Assembly (NCBI GenBank): GCA_964252035.1
Contig: OZ176212.1
Reading direction: 5' to 3' (one strand)
DNA from: Podarcis erhardii
Taxonomy: Eukaryota
DNA: 64,000 bases
Below the pieces are notes generated by a model. The model searched no databases. It was not told the origin of the DNA and worked only from the letters and a program-made list of their open reading frames with translations. A program made the position numbers and the translations under genes. Shown piece after piece: positions 22,657 to 34,308 of the stretch; the stretch's first letter is position 1; every line of letters begins with the position of its first letter.

Positions 22657-23395
22657 CTCTCACCACCACCCTCACAAAAATGAATCACCTCTTGTGTTAA
22701 TAGAAAATATTACAGTAGGCATGAACGTAAGAATTTCAGCAGAACTTAATTATCAGGAGACTAATTAATACGACCCACATTTTAAATAAGAATCCAGTTG
22801 TGTGTTCCCACAGGGAACTAATGAGTCAGGGAATGTGGGTTAAGCACTTCTTGGAATTTTTGTAAAGTTTGAGGGGGGGGGATACAATTCTTTGCCTTTC
22901 ATTATTTTGAAATTAGGTAGAAAATATATCTTGGGAATAATGAAAGCATTGACACTCCTGGGTAAAATGGCAAAGAAAGAAATACAGTTTTGCAGCTACA
23001 GTAATTAGTTATTAGAAGTTGTTAGAAATGTTTATCTATGAAATTAAACAGTATTACTCTACAATAGAGGGCATTTGGCATTAATACTTACACTTGTAAA
23101 CTTGTACTAATCAACAACATACATTTTTCTGGTTGACATTTCTGATTAGCCAAAGCAGCCATTTAGTATCTTGTTCATGTATCAATCTACATAAATCCAC
23201 TTGGAAGGTACTTTGACACAACGCTTCCTGCATGAACCTATAGTGGAGTGGGTGGGATAATTCTAAAATAATTTTGACATAGAGAAAAGGACAAAATCTA
23301 AATATGATTTTGAACAGCTTAATCTGTTCAATGCTGATTTTATTCTATATAAAATATAGGACAGTAAAGCATTAATATTAATAATAATAATAATA

Positions 23396-23399
<4 letters not shown>

Positions 23400-23444
<45 letters not shown>

Positions 23445-23632
23445 TTCCACCCATCTGGCTGGGTTTTCCCTGTCACTCTGGTTGGCTCCCGACAGAATAT
23501 CAAGCATTAAAAACATCTCTAAATAGGGTTGTCTTCAGATGTCTTCTAAAAGTCAGATAACTGTTTATTTCCTTGACATCTGATGGGAGGGCATTCCACA
23601 GGGTAGGCACCACTATCAAGAAGGCCCTCTGT
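23400..23632 (-). mobile_element. L2-like LINE 3' end with an (AAT)n tail
   Basis: An (ATT)n run is followed by ...tagggttgtcttcagatgtcttctaaaagtcag...gggagggcattccacagggtaggcaccact, resembling squamate L2 3' regions. Confidence 0.65.
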
Positions 23633-24342
23633 ACTCAGTAGCACAGCAATATTGGCTAAACTACTTCATTTACATATAATACACTCAGAGCATTCTGATT
23701 TAGCTCCTTCCTCTTTCTCATCAGGCAGCAAAGAGAAAGAGACAAAGGATAATAGTCCTACATTCCGGAACACAGCAATATAAACATCCTGTCTCTGTCA
23801 CTTCCCACTATGTGGAATGAAAACATACACCGTTATGTGATAAAAAAACAATCCCATGACTGCAACACGGGGCAAGAATCCTTACAGTAACTAGGGACTA
23901 CATGCAAGCAGAAACAGACTTCTGATTGTGTGTTGGGACAGGGAATTTTGCAAACCAATGGGTGTTGCATGCTAGAGCTGTGCACAAAAATTTCAATCCA
24001 CCCTGAAGCTCTTGTCTATACCCTTCCTGCTCCAAGATTGGACTGATTTGCCTTGGTCTAGTCTGGAGTCCACCCACCTCACCCCAAATCCATCCCCAAA
24101 GCCATTTGGGTTACGTTAAAGGATTGTTTTGTTTTGTTTTTACAACCATATAAAAAAGCCAGGAGGAAATCTACCAACACTGTGCAGGATCTGATTCTAT
24201 CACTTAGCAGCTGTCCAATTCTAAATGGTGCTGCTCCTTCATGAGGAGCTTCCTTGCATGCAAAAGAATCTGCTTGCAAAGAGCTAAAACTCCTTCATGA
24301 GGTCTGTGTAACTCAGATGAAATGAGCATTCACATTTTATAA

Positions 24343-25153
24343 TGTGGGAGCCCTTTACAGGATCGTGTGTGGTGCTACAGTTCCCAGGTAACTATCTAGT
24401 AGAGAGGGGGCTTGCCTGCCTCTCAGCATTATTATTTGGAGGTTCATGCCCAGCCTCAGTAGTCATGTTTCATTGCTGGGAGGTGGGGGCCAGTCCCATT
24501 TATAATTAGGAGGTGGAGCCGACAGTAGCCAGGCAGTCGGCTCAGGAGATTCACCCTCCCTACCCTCCCTTTTTTTAATGTTTTCTTGTTTGCAAGTTAA
24601 CTTTTTCTTCCTGTTTAGTGAGCGCTGCTACGGTCTTTGACTGGTTGCTGTTGAAGGACTGGGAAGAAATTTTCCTGCATTGGCAGGTTTTGTCTTTGCC
24701 GTAGCAATTCATCACAACTTTGGCGGTTATGGCCTTGGGTAGAATCCCTTAGTCTTTTCTTCCCTATAATGGCGGGGGGGGGGATGAAGTGGTGACTCAC
24801 CCCCCTGTGGCGGTGATTCCAGGGTCCCCCTCTTAAAGGGGTTATATATATGGGTTTCATTGGCCATACACTGAAAGGTTGTCAGTGAACCACCCTGCGT
24901 GCGGGGATATGGGCTTGGCTGCCTGCTACACTTACATCTCACAGAGCACCCCCATATCCCATTTACCCTGATGAGCCCCAGTTCCCCCTGGCTGGGGGGC
25001 TGGGAGGGATACACGCCCAAGGCCTAAGCCAAGGTCTTCCTACATTCAGAAGTTTAATAAAGCTGTGGCCTGATTTTTAATTCCATAATGTCAGAGTCTT
25101 TGTTCCTTTCTTATGATCCCTGGGGGCTGGGGGCTGCAGCACCTGGTCACACA
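24343..25153 (+). mobile_element. Solo LTR (probably Gypsy-type)
   Basis: TG...CA ends, AATAAA at about 25056, and 4-bp flanks ATAA/ATGA matching at 3 of 4 positions. It shares internal blocks with the element at 60705. Confidence 0.6.
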
Positions 25154-26806
25154 ATGATACCTTCTGAATGCTGATGATGCCTTAGACTCAGGAGACCCCA
25201 TTCTTGCCACTAGCTCCCTATCTTGGTCACCCTTGGTCAGCATTGATGGCCTTGCTATGCTTCCCACTTCATAACTCTAGTCTAGAATATTTTGAAGTAT
25301 GCATCGTACTCCCCAGCATTGCCCTAAGAGTAATATCTATACTAACTGGGCCTCCAAGGACTTTTTTTATTAATTAGTTTGTTTATTTATTCAGGTTGTG
25401 TGGGGGTTGAATAGACATCTTTTGATGCATATAGAGAGACAGAAAGAAGGGCTGAGGATGCCATTTTCCTTGCGATTGCAGAACTAATTTTAAAGTCAAA
25501 TAGGTTAGTTTTTCAAAACACTTGGTGCTGGAACCAGTCTTTTAGCAAGGTGCTCTAGTGCTTTATGGAGGTCAGAACAGACTTTACTCTTAGCAGGATT
25601 CATCGCTAGACACATGGGGTTTTAGATTGCTAGTGGATAAAAAATACGGTATGTTAAATCTAGATGAACTTTAGTGCTCCTTTCCACACAGAACTCATGG
25701 ATTTATGCCACTTAACTGTCCATGTTTTAACAAGAAATGCAGACATGCTAACTTCTAGACTTATTTTATTGTCCTTTTTATTGTGTGCTTAACTTGTTCA
25801 TATACCTGTTATTACAGAACCTATAGGAAACACTTAACACGTATGATTTTCCTTAGAAGAACTAGTCCACGATGGTCTGGCAGTAGCCATCATACTGCAA
25901 ACAATTTTATTTTTCTTCTTTGATGGACATGTAAGCATGGATAACTCAGTCAACAAGAAAGTGAGTAATTACAAAAATCTATCATCTATCTCTATCTCTC
26001 TATCTCTCTATCTGATGTTCATACCAGCATATGAGGTGATATAGCTCAATGGCAGACCATATGATTTCCATATAAATAGTCTAAGATTCAATCTCTGGCA
26101 GACTGCCATCATGTAGACAAGTAGTTGGAGGTAAAGCCCATCAAAATTACTGGGCTTCCCCGTCTCCCAACTAAATAAATGTAAGAGGCACTAGCATCCT
26201 GAGGTGTGTGGTTGATGTCTTAACATAGATATCAGAAGGAAAGGTTTGGTTGATCGAAATGGTAGCTGCCCATCCTTCTTCATGTAACTCACATGTTACT
26301 ACTGCCTGTTTATTTGAGGCTAGGGAGATATCTGGATTGGAAGAACACACTGCAAAAATAAAGAGGTTTCCAAAGGAAGTTAATGCTTTTCTCAAATTTT
26401 GGGAACCTCTGCAGTGTGTATCCTAGTGTGTCCTGTGTCCTAGTGTGTAATTTTATACCCACTTAGAAGCAAGCAAACCCTGATATTAAAAACTTATAGC
26501 ACAAATATATGAAATTTGCCCTCTCTAGCCTTATATGTACAAATGCTGCTAGTGCATATACACATACATTAGGACATTATGTTACACTGTTTCATATGCA
26601 GCAGGTAAGTTAGTGTTGGAGCAACATTATAAACTGGAACTCTGTGTGCATTAAGCACTTGTTGTCCAGACACTTTCATTATCTATATCACAATAAATAG
26701 AGAAATAATAGTACACAGGATCAAATGCACAAACAGAGAAATTTGATGACTAGTTTACAAATTAAGCTTGATTTAATGTGCACGTGTACATTTATACAAG
26801 TAATGG

Positions 26807-26868
26807 CAGGAGGTTGGACTCGATGGCCCTTGTGGTCTCTTCCAACTCTATGATTCTATGATTCTATG
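26807..26868 (+). mobile_element. CR1 3' tip
   Basis: ggttggactcgatggcccttgtggtctcttccaactc followed by the (ATTCTATG)n tail, as at 10350-10409. Confidence 0.85.
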
Positions 26869-27149
26869 AATTAGGGCCAGCTAGCACACATATAAACTCC
26901 TCACCCAATATTCACATCTCTAATGAGTGACTTTCATGTTTAAACATATTGCCACAGGGGGGGGAAATTGTATGCCCTAGCATCACCCCAGTGCAATGTT
27001 TTCCAAATGACATTTCCAGCTACTCATCATCAATTAAGTAGCAATTAAATGTAGATCAATGAAGCAATGTGTATGTTTGTATGAACAAGGTATTTTTGAC
27101 TATTAACTGAATGTATACACTAACTATAATATCTGGAAGTTTGGTGATT

Positions 27150-27322
27150 AGTGTTGGACTTGGACAAGGGAGATCTGCATTTAAATTCCTGTTCAGCCAC
27201 AAAGCTTATTGGGTGGCATTGAGGCAAGTAACCATTTTACAGCCTAATCTATGTCTGAAGGTGACTGTGAAGATAAAGGGGGCGGGGATGTTCATCACCT
27301 TGAGCTCTTTGGAGAAAAGTCA
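27150..27322 (+). mobile_element. Old MIR/CORE-like SINE remnant
   Basis: Degenerate ...ggagatctgcatttaaattcc..agccac...gaggcaagt...cagcctaa...ctgtgaagataaa. Confidence 0.4.
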
Positions 27323-27771
27323 AAATATACATTTAATAATAGAATCATTCTGTGACATTATGTCTCTTATGAGTGACTGAAGACATTCCTAAATGTTATA
27401 AGCAACTGAGGAATATACTTCTGGGAACCAAGCATAAGATAAGGTAGGGATGGGGAACAACTGACCCCCCCATTGTTGTTGGACTACAGTTCCCATTATC
27501 CCTGACTATTGGTTATGATGGGCATGGCTACTGGATGTTGGAGTGAAACTTCTGGAAAGCCAGAGGTTCTCCATCCTTAAGCTATTTATTTTCTCTCATA
27601 CTGCAAAGCAGGAAAAAGCCAGTAAAAGTCAGGTCCAGGAAGTCAGTCAGCTGGCTATCCTGCAAAATGGTGGCAGTCTGGAGACATCTGAGATGTAGCA
27701 CTGTGGTTCCGATACCATTTGTAACAAGATGCTTTCTCTTTATCTAGGTGGAGAGATAAATATGATGAAAC

Positions 27772-28722
27772 ATGGAAAGGAAGAATGCAACACATGTAAC
27801 TGAGTTCATCCTAACTGGTTTTCCAAATCCTTGGGAGATAGAGATCCTCCTCTTTCTGATATTCTTCATCATTCTGATGGCAACAATGATTGGGAACACC
27901 ATAATCATAACTCTTATAATAATTGATTACCGCCTACATTCCCCCATGTATTTCTTCCTCTGCAACTTGTCTGTCATTGAAATTTTTGCAACTCTGACAG
28001 TGGTGCCGAAAATGATGCAGAACTTCCTACTGGAAAAGAAATCCATCTCTTTCTATGGGTGCCTGGGTCAGTCATATTTCTATTTCTTGTTTGGCACCTC
28101 TGAATATGTTCTACTGGCTATGATGTCCTATGATCGATATGCAGCTATATGCTACCCACTTCGCTACAGCACAATCATGAGTGGGAAGGTTTGTGTCAAT
28201 CTTGTTGTAGGTTCCTGGATGAGTGGATTCTTCTCCATACTTGTTCCCACGGTGATGAAGTTAGGCTTGCCTTACTGTGGCCCTAATGTGATCGATCACT
28301 TTTTCTGTGACAGTGCCCCTTTGCTCCACTTAGCCTGTACTGACATCAGCCTTGTGGAATTTATTGACTTCATTGTCTCACTTCCCATTCTTCTGGGTTC
28401 TCTTTTACTGACACTCATCTCTTACTTTTATATTATAAACACCATTCTCAGGATTCCTTCTGCCACAGGAAGGCAGAAGGCATTCTCAACTTGTGCCTCC
28501 CATTTCACCGTGGTTACAATTGGCTATGGCACCTCTGTCTTCATTTATGTTAGGCCGTCCCAAGCCAATTCTATGAGCTTCAACAAAATTGCCTCTCTGG
28601 TCACAACTGCAGTGACACCCTTGCTCAACCCCATTATCTTTACATTTAGAAACCAGAAAGTCCAGGAAGTTTTTAGGGACTCAGTTAACAAGTACATAAA
28701 GAAAAGAAAAGAAGGAGATTGA
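27772..28722 (+). CDS. Olfactory receptor OR-5 (OR6-like), 316 aa
   Basis: Motifs LHSPMYFFL, MSYDRYAAIC, KAFSTCASH, PLLNPIIFTFRN. Splice acceptor tttctctttatctag at about 27748. Confidence 0.96.
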   Translation: MERKNATHVTEFILTGFPNPWEIEILLFLIFFIILMATMIGNTIIITLIIIDYRLHSPMYFFLCNLSVIEIFATLTVVPKMMQNFLLEKKSISFYGCLGQSYFYFLFGTSEYVLLAMMSYDRYAAICYPLRYSTIMSGKVCVNLVVGSWMSGFFSILVPTVMKLGLPYCGPNVIDHFFCDSAPLLHLACTDISLVEFIDFIVSLPILLGSLLLTLISYFYIINTILRIPSATGRQKAFSTCASHFTVVTIGYGTSVFIYVRPSQANSMSFNKIASLVTTAVTPLLNPIIFTFRNQKVQEVFRDSVNKYIKKRKEGD

Positions 28723-30368
28723 AAAGGGCTGTAAATTTACATTTATTCCACCCACACCCCTTAATTTTCTTCAAGGTGATAATTGTAGGATACAAGGTTC
28801 TCACTTTAATCCCCCCACTTTGTGGTGTAGTTTAGGTTGAGAAAAAGTAAATGGCCTGAGGCTGCCCAATGTGCTTTATGACCGATCGTGGATTTTACCC
28901 AAGTTTCTTCTTCATCACAGCATCCTAGACTTTACGACAAACAAAACATATTTAAAATTAATATTAAAAATGTTCTAAATTTGTATGTCTATATTCTCTC
29001 AAATTTGTTTTTAGATGTTCTGTAGAATCTGTAATAATGGAACCATCCAACAAAAAGATGATACGCTATTATTTGTAAAGCATCTCTTGTATTTTTGTTT
29101 AAAATAAAAAATAAGGGTAGAAATGTTGAAGACAATATATTTTAGCCACAATAAATCAATTAATAAATTCTTGGTTGGATCTTATTGTGTTAGCAGTCAT
29201 GGAAATATGAGAAGTACTTTAAATACAGTATATTAATTTTAAAAACTCCAAGAGAGGAAAAAGACAAGGAAAAAAATATGGTGAGATTGCAATGTTAAAG
29301 CCAAGTCAAAATTAAATGAATTTTAAAGGACTAAGGTTGCTTCCAAATGACCTGTTTATTGTAGGGTTGTGCACTGGGTTCAGCCAAAGCCCAAATCCTG
29401 AACTGAAATCAGCTGATTCAGAACCAACTGATTCAGCATGTAGCCTCTGGAAAGTTGCTCAGAAGATAATGTGGCCCTCACACTGAAAAATGTCCCCTAT
29501 CCCTGCTATGCACATTTCTATGGGCTTATCTCTAGACATACATAGGACTATGCTGTTAAAATCCTATTAATTTTAATGGAACATGTTGCACATCAGATCT
29601 TAGTGTATTGCATAACATTTTATTAGTCCCTGTGGTGATTCTGACAGTCTCATGAGAATCATTTTATGAACAAATTTTATTTAATCAGCTGGAAGGGTAT
29701 AGTTGTTAAAGGATCATTTGGTGAGCTGTAGTAGCTGAGTGAAAGCAAGAGAATATTTAGCACCATCTGAAATTACTCTTGGAAAGAATATGAAACCTTT
29801 GTAGGTCAGTTATCATATGTGCACCAGGGAGGTCATCTGAACAAGCGGTTTTCTATTGACTGAATAAGCTATTAAAACAGCTTATTCTGGAGCACCTCTG
29901 AAGTGCATGAGGTTCCAAAAAGATCAAATCCAATTCTACAACAGCAATGGCAGGAACACAAATGAATATTCCTCTGATCTCTCTGTGTCCCCAAACATCT
30001 TTAGAATGTATCGCCTGGAAATGCAGCTGATTTTTTTTGCTGAAGATTTGGTTTAATGGTAAAAGAACACCTGTGAAGCACGGAGCATGATTTATGTGAG
30101 TCACAAAATGCCTTATAAAAATTAAAATCTTCTGTGATATTATGTCAGTTACAAATACATTTATTTTTAAAATATTTTTTAGCAAAGTGGGTTGGGTGTT
30201 GAGTGTTCAGGTTTTTTATCTGAATAGAATTTTTTTTAATCCCCCCGCAGGAAGACCCATATGCAGCCTCCATACAGCAGGATAAAGTAACATAATGCAG
30301 GGATGAATATAAGGGCAGCATTAATAAAGGATATGGATAGTTAAGGCCATCAATGAATATCTCAAAGG

Positions 30369-30510
30369 TCTTCTCCTCCTCCTCCTCCTCCTCCTTCTTT
30401 GGCAATCACTCATAGCCAAGTAAAATTGTCTTCCATGGACACAGTCTTAACAGTGTGTCCATAAGTGACTGTGGAGGCCACACGTCCTTCTACAGTGGGG
30501 CTATAGGTCT
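30369..30510 (-). mobile_element. RTE-clade LINE 3' end with an (AGG/AAG)n tail
   Basis: A (CCT)n tail is followed by ttctttggcaatcactcatagccaagtaaaattgtcttcc...gtgactgtggaggcca. Confidence 0.55.
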
Positions 30511-31101
30511 CAAAGGTAAAATAAGGCTAGCAGGAGGAGAGCCTTTGGGTGCTACTACAGGTAGCAAAATCTTATCAACTCGCAGTGACTGATTCAGTAA
30601 CTTGCATATTCTTACAAAAACAAAAAAAACTAACCCCACTACCAACCTTTACACTGGAACATAGCGTCTCTCCAGCTTTTCAGCCAAATCCCTTTTCAAA
30701 TCTATTTAAGTTTCCAGGGATTGCATCTGGGACCTAATGCATGCAAAACATTTGCTCTACCACCGAGCTGTACCTCTACCCTCGTATTCAATACAACACT
30801 GTTTTCCATGCAGGCAACTTTATGCTTCTCAGCTGTTCATCTGCCTTTCCCATTTTCATTATTCAGTTCACCTTCTGTTTCTCCATTTGCCTCGCTTTAC
30901 TGCTCCATTTTTTTCCCTCTTGGAAGAAAAAGGAAACACACACACACACACACACATGCACATAGAAACATACATATTCATTTTGCCTTCCAGGAATATT
31001 AATTTTAAATATGATTCTTTAACAACGAACATAAACATGAACATACGATTATGTTGTGTTTCCTTGAGTGTGTCCTGTCACCAGGCTTACCTCTCTTTGT
31101 C

Positions 31102-31430
31102 TTTTTTTTTTTTTTTTAAATAATTTTTATTCAATTTTCAATTTTAAAGACAAAACAAACTTACATAAAAAAAAAATCAAAACAAAGGTAAAACAAACAC
31201 AAAACAAAACACAACCAAATTTTCATCTCCTTCTTTCAATGACTTCCCCGCACTCCCCTGCCCACCTTCCATTTTCACTACATAGCTCAGCAAATTATTT
31301 ATTAGATCTCTTAAAAATTATTCAATTCTTTCCTTCCAATTTATCTTTTCCCCCTTTTTAACTTATCATAATTTTACATGTTCCCTTTCCCATATTGGAT
31401 CTATTCTCCAAGGTCGGCCTAATTTCTCTC
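31102..31430 (-). mobile_element. L1 3'UTR fragment
   Basis: Poly-T tail, tttatt, and gacttcc (GGAAGTC as in the 3'UTRs at 35935 and 48197). Confidence 0.6.
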
Positions 31431-31768
31431 CCACAAACTCATCTTTTTTTTTTTTTTTTTTAATATTAAATCTAAAATCATAATATTTCAGTTCCAAATC
31501 CCAGGTTTTTACCACCCCAAATTCCCCTCCCCCCTGCCCCCGCTTTGCCCCTGTCTTTTTTTTTTATCCCTTGCTATATTATCTATGTGACTGAAAAAAA
31601 TAAGTTGCAAGTTGTCATTTTATGTTATTATATGTTATTGTATTTCACTCCGTGGTATTTTATTTTATTTGTATTTTTGTATCGTTTTACTTTTGTGAGG
31701 TCTTATAATAAATAATTCCCCCTCCCACCCACCAGTTCTACTTCTTTCTCTCAGGAATCCTTGAAAAC

Positions 31769-32722
31769 ATGACAGAGAATCAAACTGTTATTACAGACTT
31801 CATCTTCCTTAACTTTCCAGAACTGCATCGGCTGGAACATCTCATGGGAGTCATCCTCCTTGCATGCTACCTGCTCACCGTATCTGGAAACCTCATGATC
31901 ATCATGATCATCATTCATGATCATCACCTACACACACCCATGTACTTCTTCTTATGGAATCTTTCCTGCTTAGAGATTTTAATTACAACCACTGTAGTGC
32001 CAAAGGTTCTGGCTAGTCTTCTGCTAGGCTTCACAACAATTTCGTACCCAGCTTGCCTTTCTCAGTGCTATTTCTTCTTCTTCTTAGGAAGCAGTGACTT
32101 TGTCCTATTAGCAGTCATGTCATACGACCGCTATGTGGCCATTTGCAACCCATTGCGCTACACATCAATTATGAGTACTCAGCTCTGCCCATGGCTAGTC
32201 CTCGGATCTTGTACTGTTGCCTTTTTGGCTACTATCTTTCCCACCATCCTGGTTATAAATCTACCTTTCTGTAACAACAATAATATTGATCACTTTTTCT
32301 GTGACAGTGTGGCCTTGATGAAGCTGGCTTGTGCTGACACTAGTTTTGTGGAGCTACTGAGTTTCTTCTCATCCTCAGTCACCGTGGTGGGATCCTTTAT
32401 TTTCACAGTGGTGTCCTACATTTACATAATAAAAACCATTCTCAAGATCCCGTCTGCCTCTGGGCGCCACAAGGCATTCTCCACCTGTTCCTCCCACTTT
32501 ATTATTGTCAGTCTTGGCTATGGCAGCTGCATCTTCATGTATGTACGGCCCTCAGGCAGCAACCCATCAATTAATAAGATGGTATCTTTGATCAATACAG
32601 TGCTGACACCCCTGATGAGTCCATTCATCTTCAGTCTGAGAAATCAGCAGGTGAAAGCTGCCCTCAAGTCACTTTTTATTAAGCATGCAGTCTACTCAAA
32701 GAATAACCCAAAGTTGGGATAA
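31769..32722 (+). CDS. Olfactory receptor OR-6 (OR6-like), 317 aa
   Basis: Motifs LHTPMYFFL, MSYDRYVAIC, KAFSTCSSH. Splice acceptor ttctttctctcag at about 31753. Confidence 0.94.
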   Translation: MTENQTVITDFIFLNFPELHRLEHLMGVILLACYLLTVSGNLMIIMIIIHDHHLHTPMYFFLWNLSCLEILITTTVVPKVLASLLLGFTTISYPACLSQCYFFFFLGSSDFVLLAVMSYDRYVAICNPLRYTSIMSTQLCPWLVLGSCTVAFLATIFPTILVINLPFCNNNNIDHFFCDSVALMKLACADTSFVELLSFFSSSVTVVGSFIFTVVSYIYIIKTILKIPSASGRHKAFSTCSSHFIIVSLGYGSCIFMYVRPSGSNPSINKMVSLINTVLTPLMSPFIFSLRNQQVKAALKSLFIKHAVYSKNNPKLG

Positions 32723-33626
32723 TGGTTTTTAAATAGAAAACATGAAGGTGAAATTAAATGAAGGGGGGAGTTTCCTTTCAATTGTCTGTTGTTATTAGGT
32801 AATCCACAAGATTTCAACTTTTCAGGTATAGTTTATATTAATTAGAGGGTCATGTGTAACTTCTTCACTTAGAGGGGGGAGAACTTCTTGCACTACATAA
32901 TTTAAACTACTGGAAACTTCAGATTAGATTATAGATATTGCATGACTCTCTATTTTCTTTTAATTAAAAATGCATTTATTGTACTGTATTGTTTACCTTT
33001 CTCGTGTTGTAAATCACTTTGATATGTTTTGTGATTTAGCTGTATATAAATGCTTTTATAAATTAAATAAATATTAGAACTCTGTGATCAATAGTTACCA
33101 CTATTTATTGTTTGGTATATCTGCTAGCTGCTATATACCTTTACTGTGATACATTATTCACTCAACTATCAAATATTTTGAAATGCCTATATATGAAATT
33201 CAAAAAATCTGAGGTAGACTTCATTACATAGTTATTTTGGGTAACTTAGTACTAGAACTCAGTTTATTTCAGTTTGTTCTAGCTACTTACATAGAAGAGC
33301 ATCTGGAGAGAAAAGTAAGATATGAATTTTAAATCCACTGGTAGTTTTGTTTATATATGCACAAGCACAAGTTGTTTAATGACTTGATTCCAGGTTCAGG
33401 GAAACTTCTGAACTCTCCTTTTGTGGCACATTAGGCCCAGTGTATGGGAGAAATGGAGCTGATGAAGAATGAAATAGTGGGTAGCATTCTTGAGGGGTTT
33501 CTCAGACAACAGTTAGGCAGTGAACTGGGTCCCAGGAGGTAATTGTGATCTCCCCAGGAGGAAATTGCAGAAATTCCCAGCAAAAACCATGCCAACCACC
33601 ACCCAGTAGTGAATGCATGTCCAAAG

Positions 33627-34152
33627 GCATTACTCCGCGTCTATGTCCATGCACAATGAATGAAGTAGAGGACTTCATACATTTCTTTTTCTACTGCCCT
33701 ATTTATGAGCTAATAAGAACTAAGCTCCTCCTCTTGATCCCATCCACCATCACATCTAAGGAAGACTGTTTGAAATCGCTTCTTGTGGACGCAAATCCCC
33801 AAGTTACACGTGGGGTGGCAATCTTTATAGTGCAGGCCTTGAAACTCAGGGCTACTTTGACGGAGTAGTGTGTCCTAGACCTGGTCCTGTCTTAATTCTT
33901 TTATTTCCTTTTAACCTAATGTCCCGAGCCTATTTTGGGGCCATTATATGCTTTTTATACATTCACATTCTAGATTTCCGGCGCTGGCAACTAAATCTTT
34001 ACATTATTGTCTTAGGGTAATTTAAATGTCATAACCCCAGCAATATCGCTTTGAATTTTGTGTGGTTGTTTGTTTCTAGCATTTTTTGTTTTATCCTGCT
34101 ATGGCTGTATGCTAATGCAATAAAGGTTTGATTGATTGATTGATTGATTGAT
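33627..34152 (+). mobile_element. 5'-truncated non-LTR retrotransposon (RTE-X/Crack-like) with an (ATTG)n tail and 13-bp TSD
   Basis: C-terminal zinc knuckle RLCPCTMNEVEDFIHFFFYCPIY, stop at 33868, AATAAA and (ATTG)n. TGCATGTCCAAAG is duplicated at 33614-33626 and 34153-34165. Confidence 0.8.
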
Positions 34153-34308
34153 TGCATGTCCAAAGTCCGCTTTGGGGGCAGGACAGTCAGTTTATTTCCA
34201 GGGGTAAAATCCTAAAAAAAGTTCAACAACTTTGGTCGGCTCCTTGGTTGGCCCTCACAACCCTTCACTTTATCAAATTTGCCACTCTTTGGGGGGGGAA
34301 AAGGTTGC

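Noticed and set aside
22179-22688. Overlapping GC-rich ORFs, including an apparent TM-like tail after the MHC alpha3
   Set aside because: The sequence after 22275 is a MITE, so the tail is not MHC-derived.
30715-30782. tRNA-like sequences here and at about 26035-26105 and 52228-52275
   Set aside because: They are degenerate SINE heads with A/B-box remnants and no intact cloverleaf.
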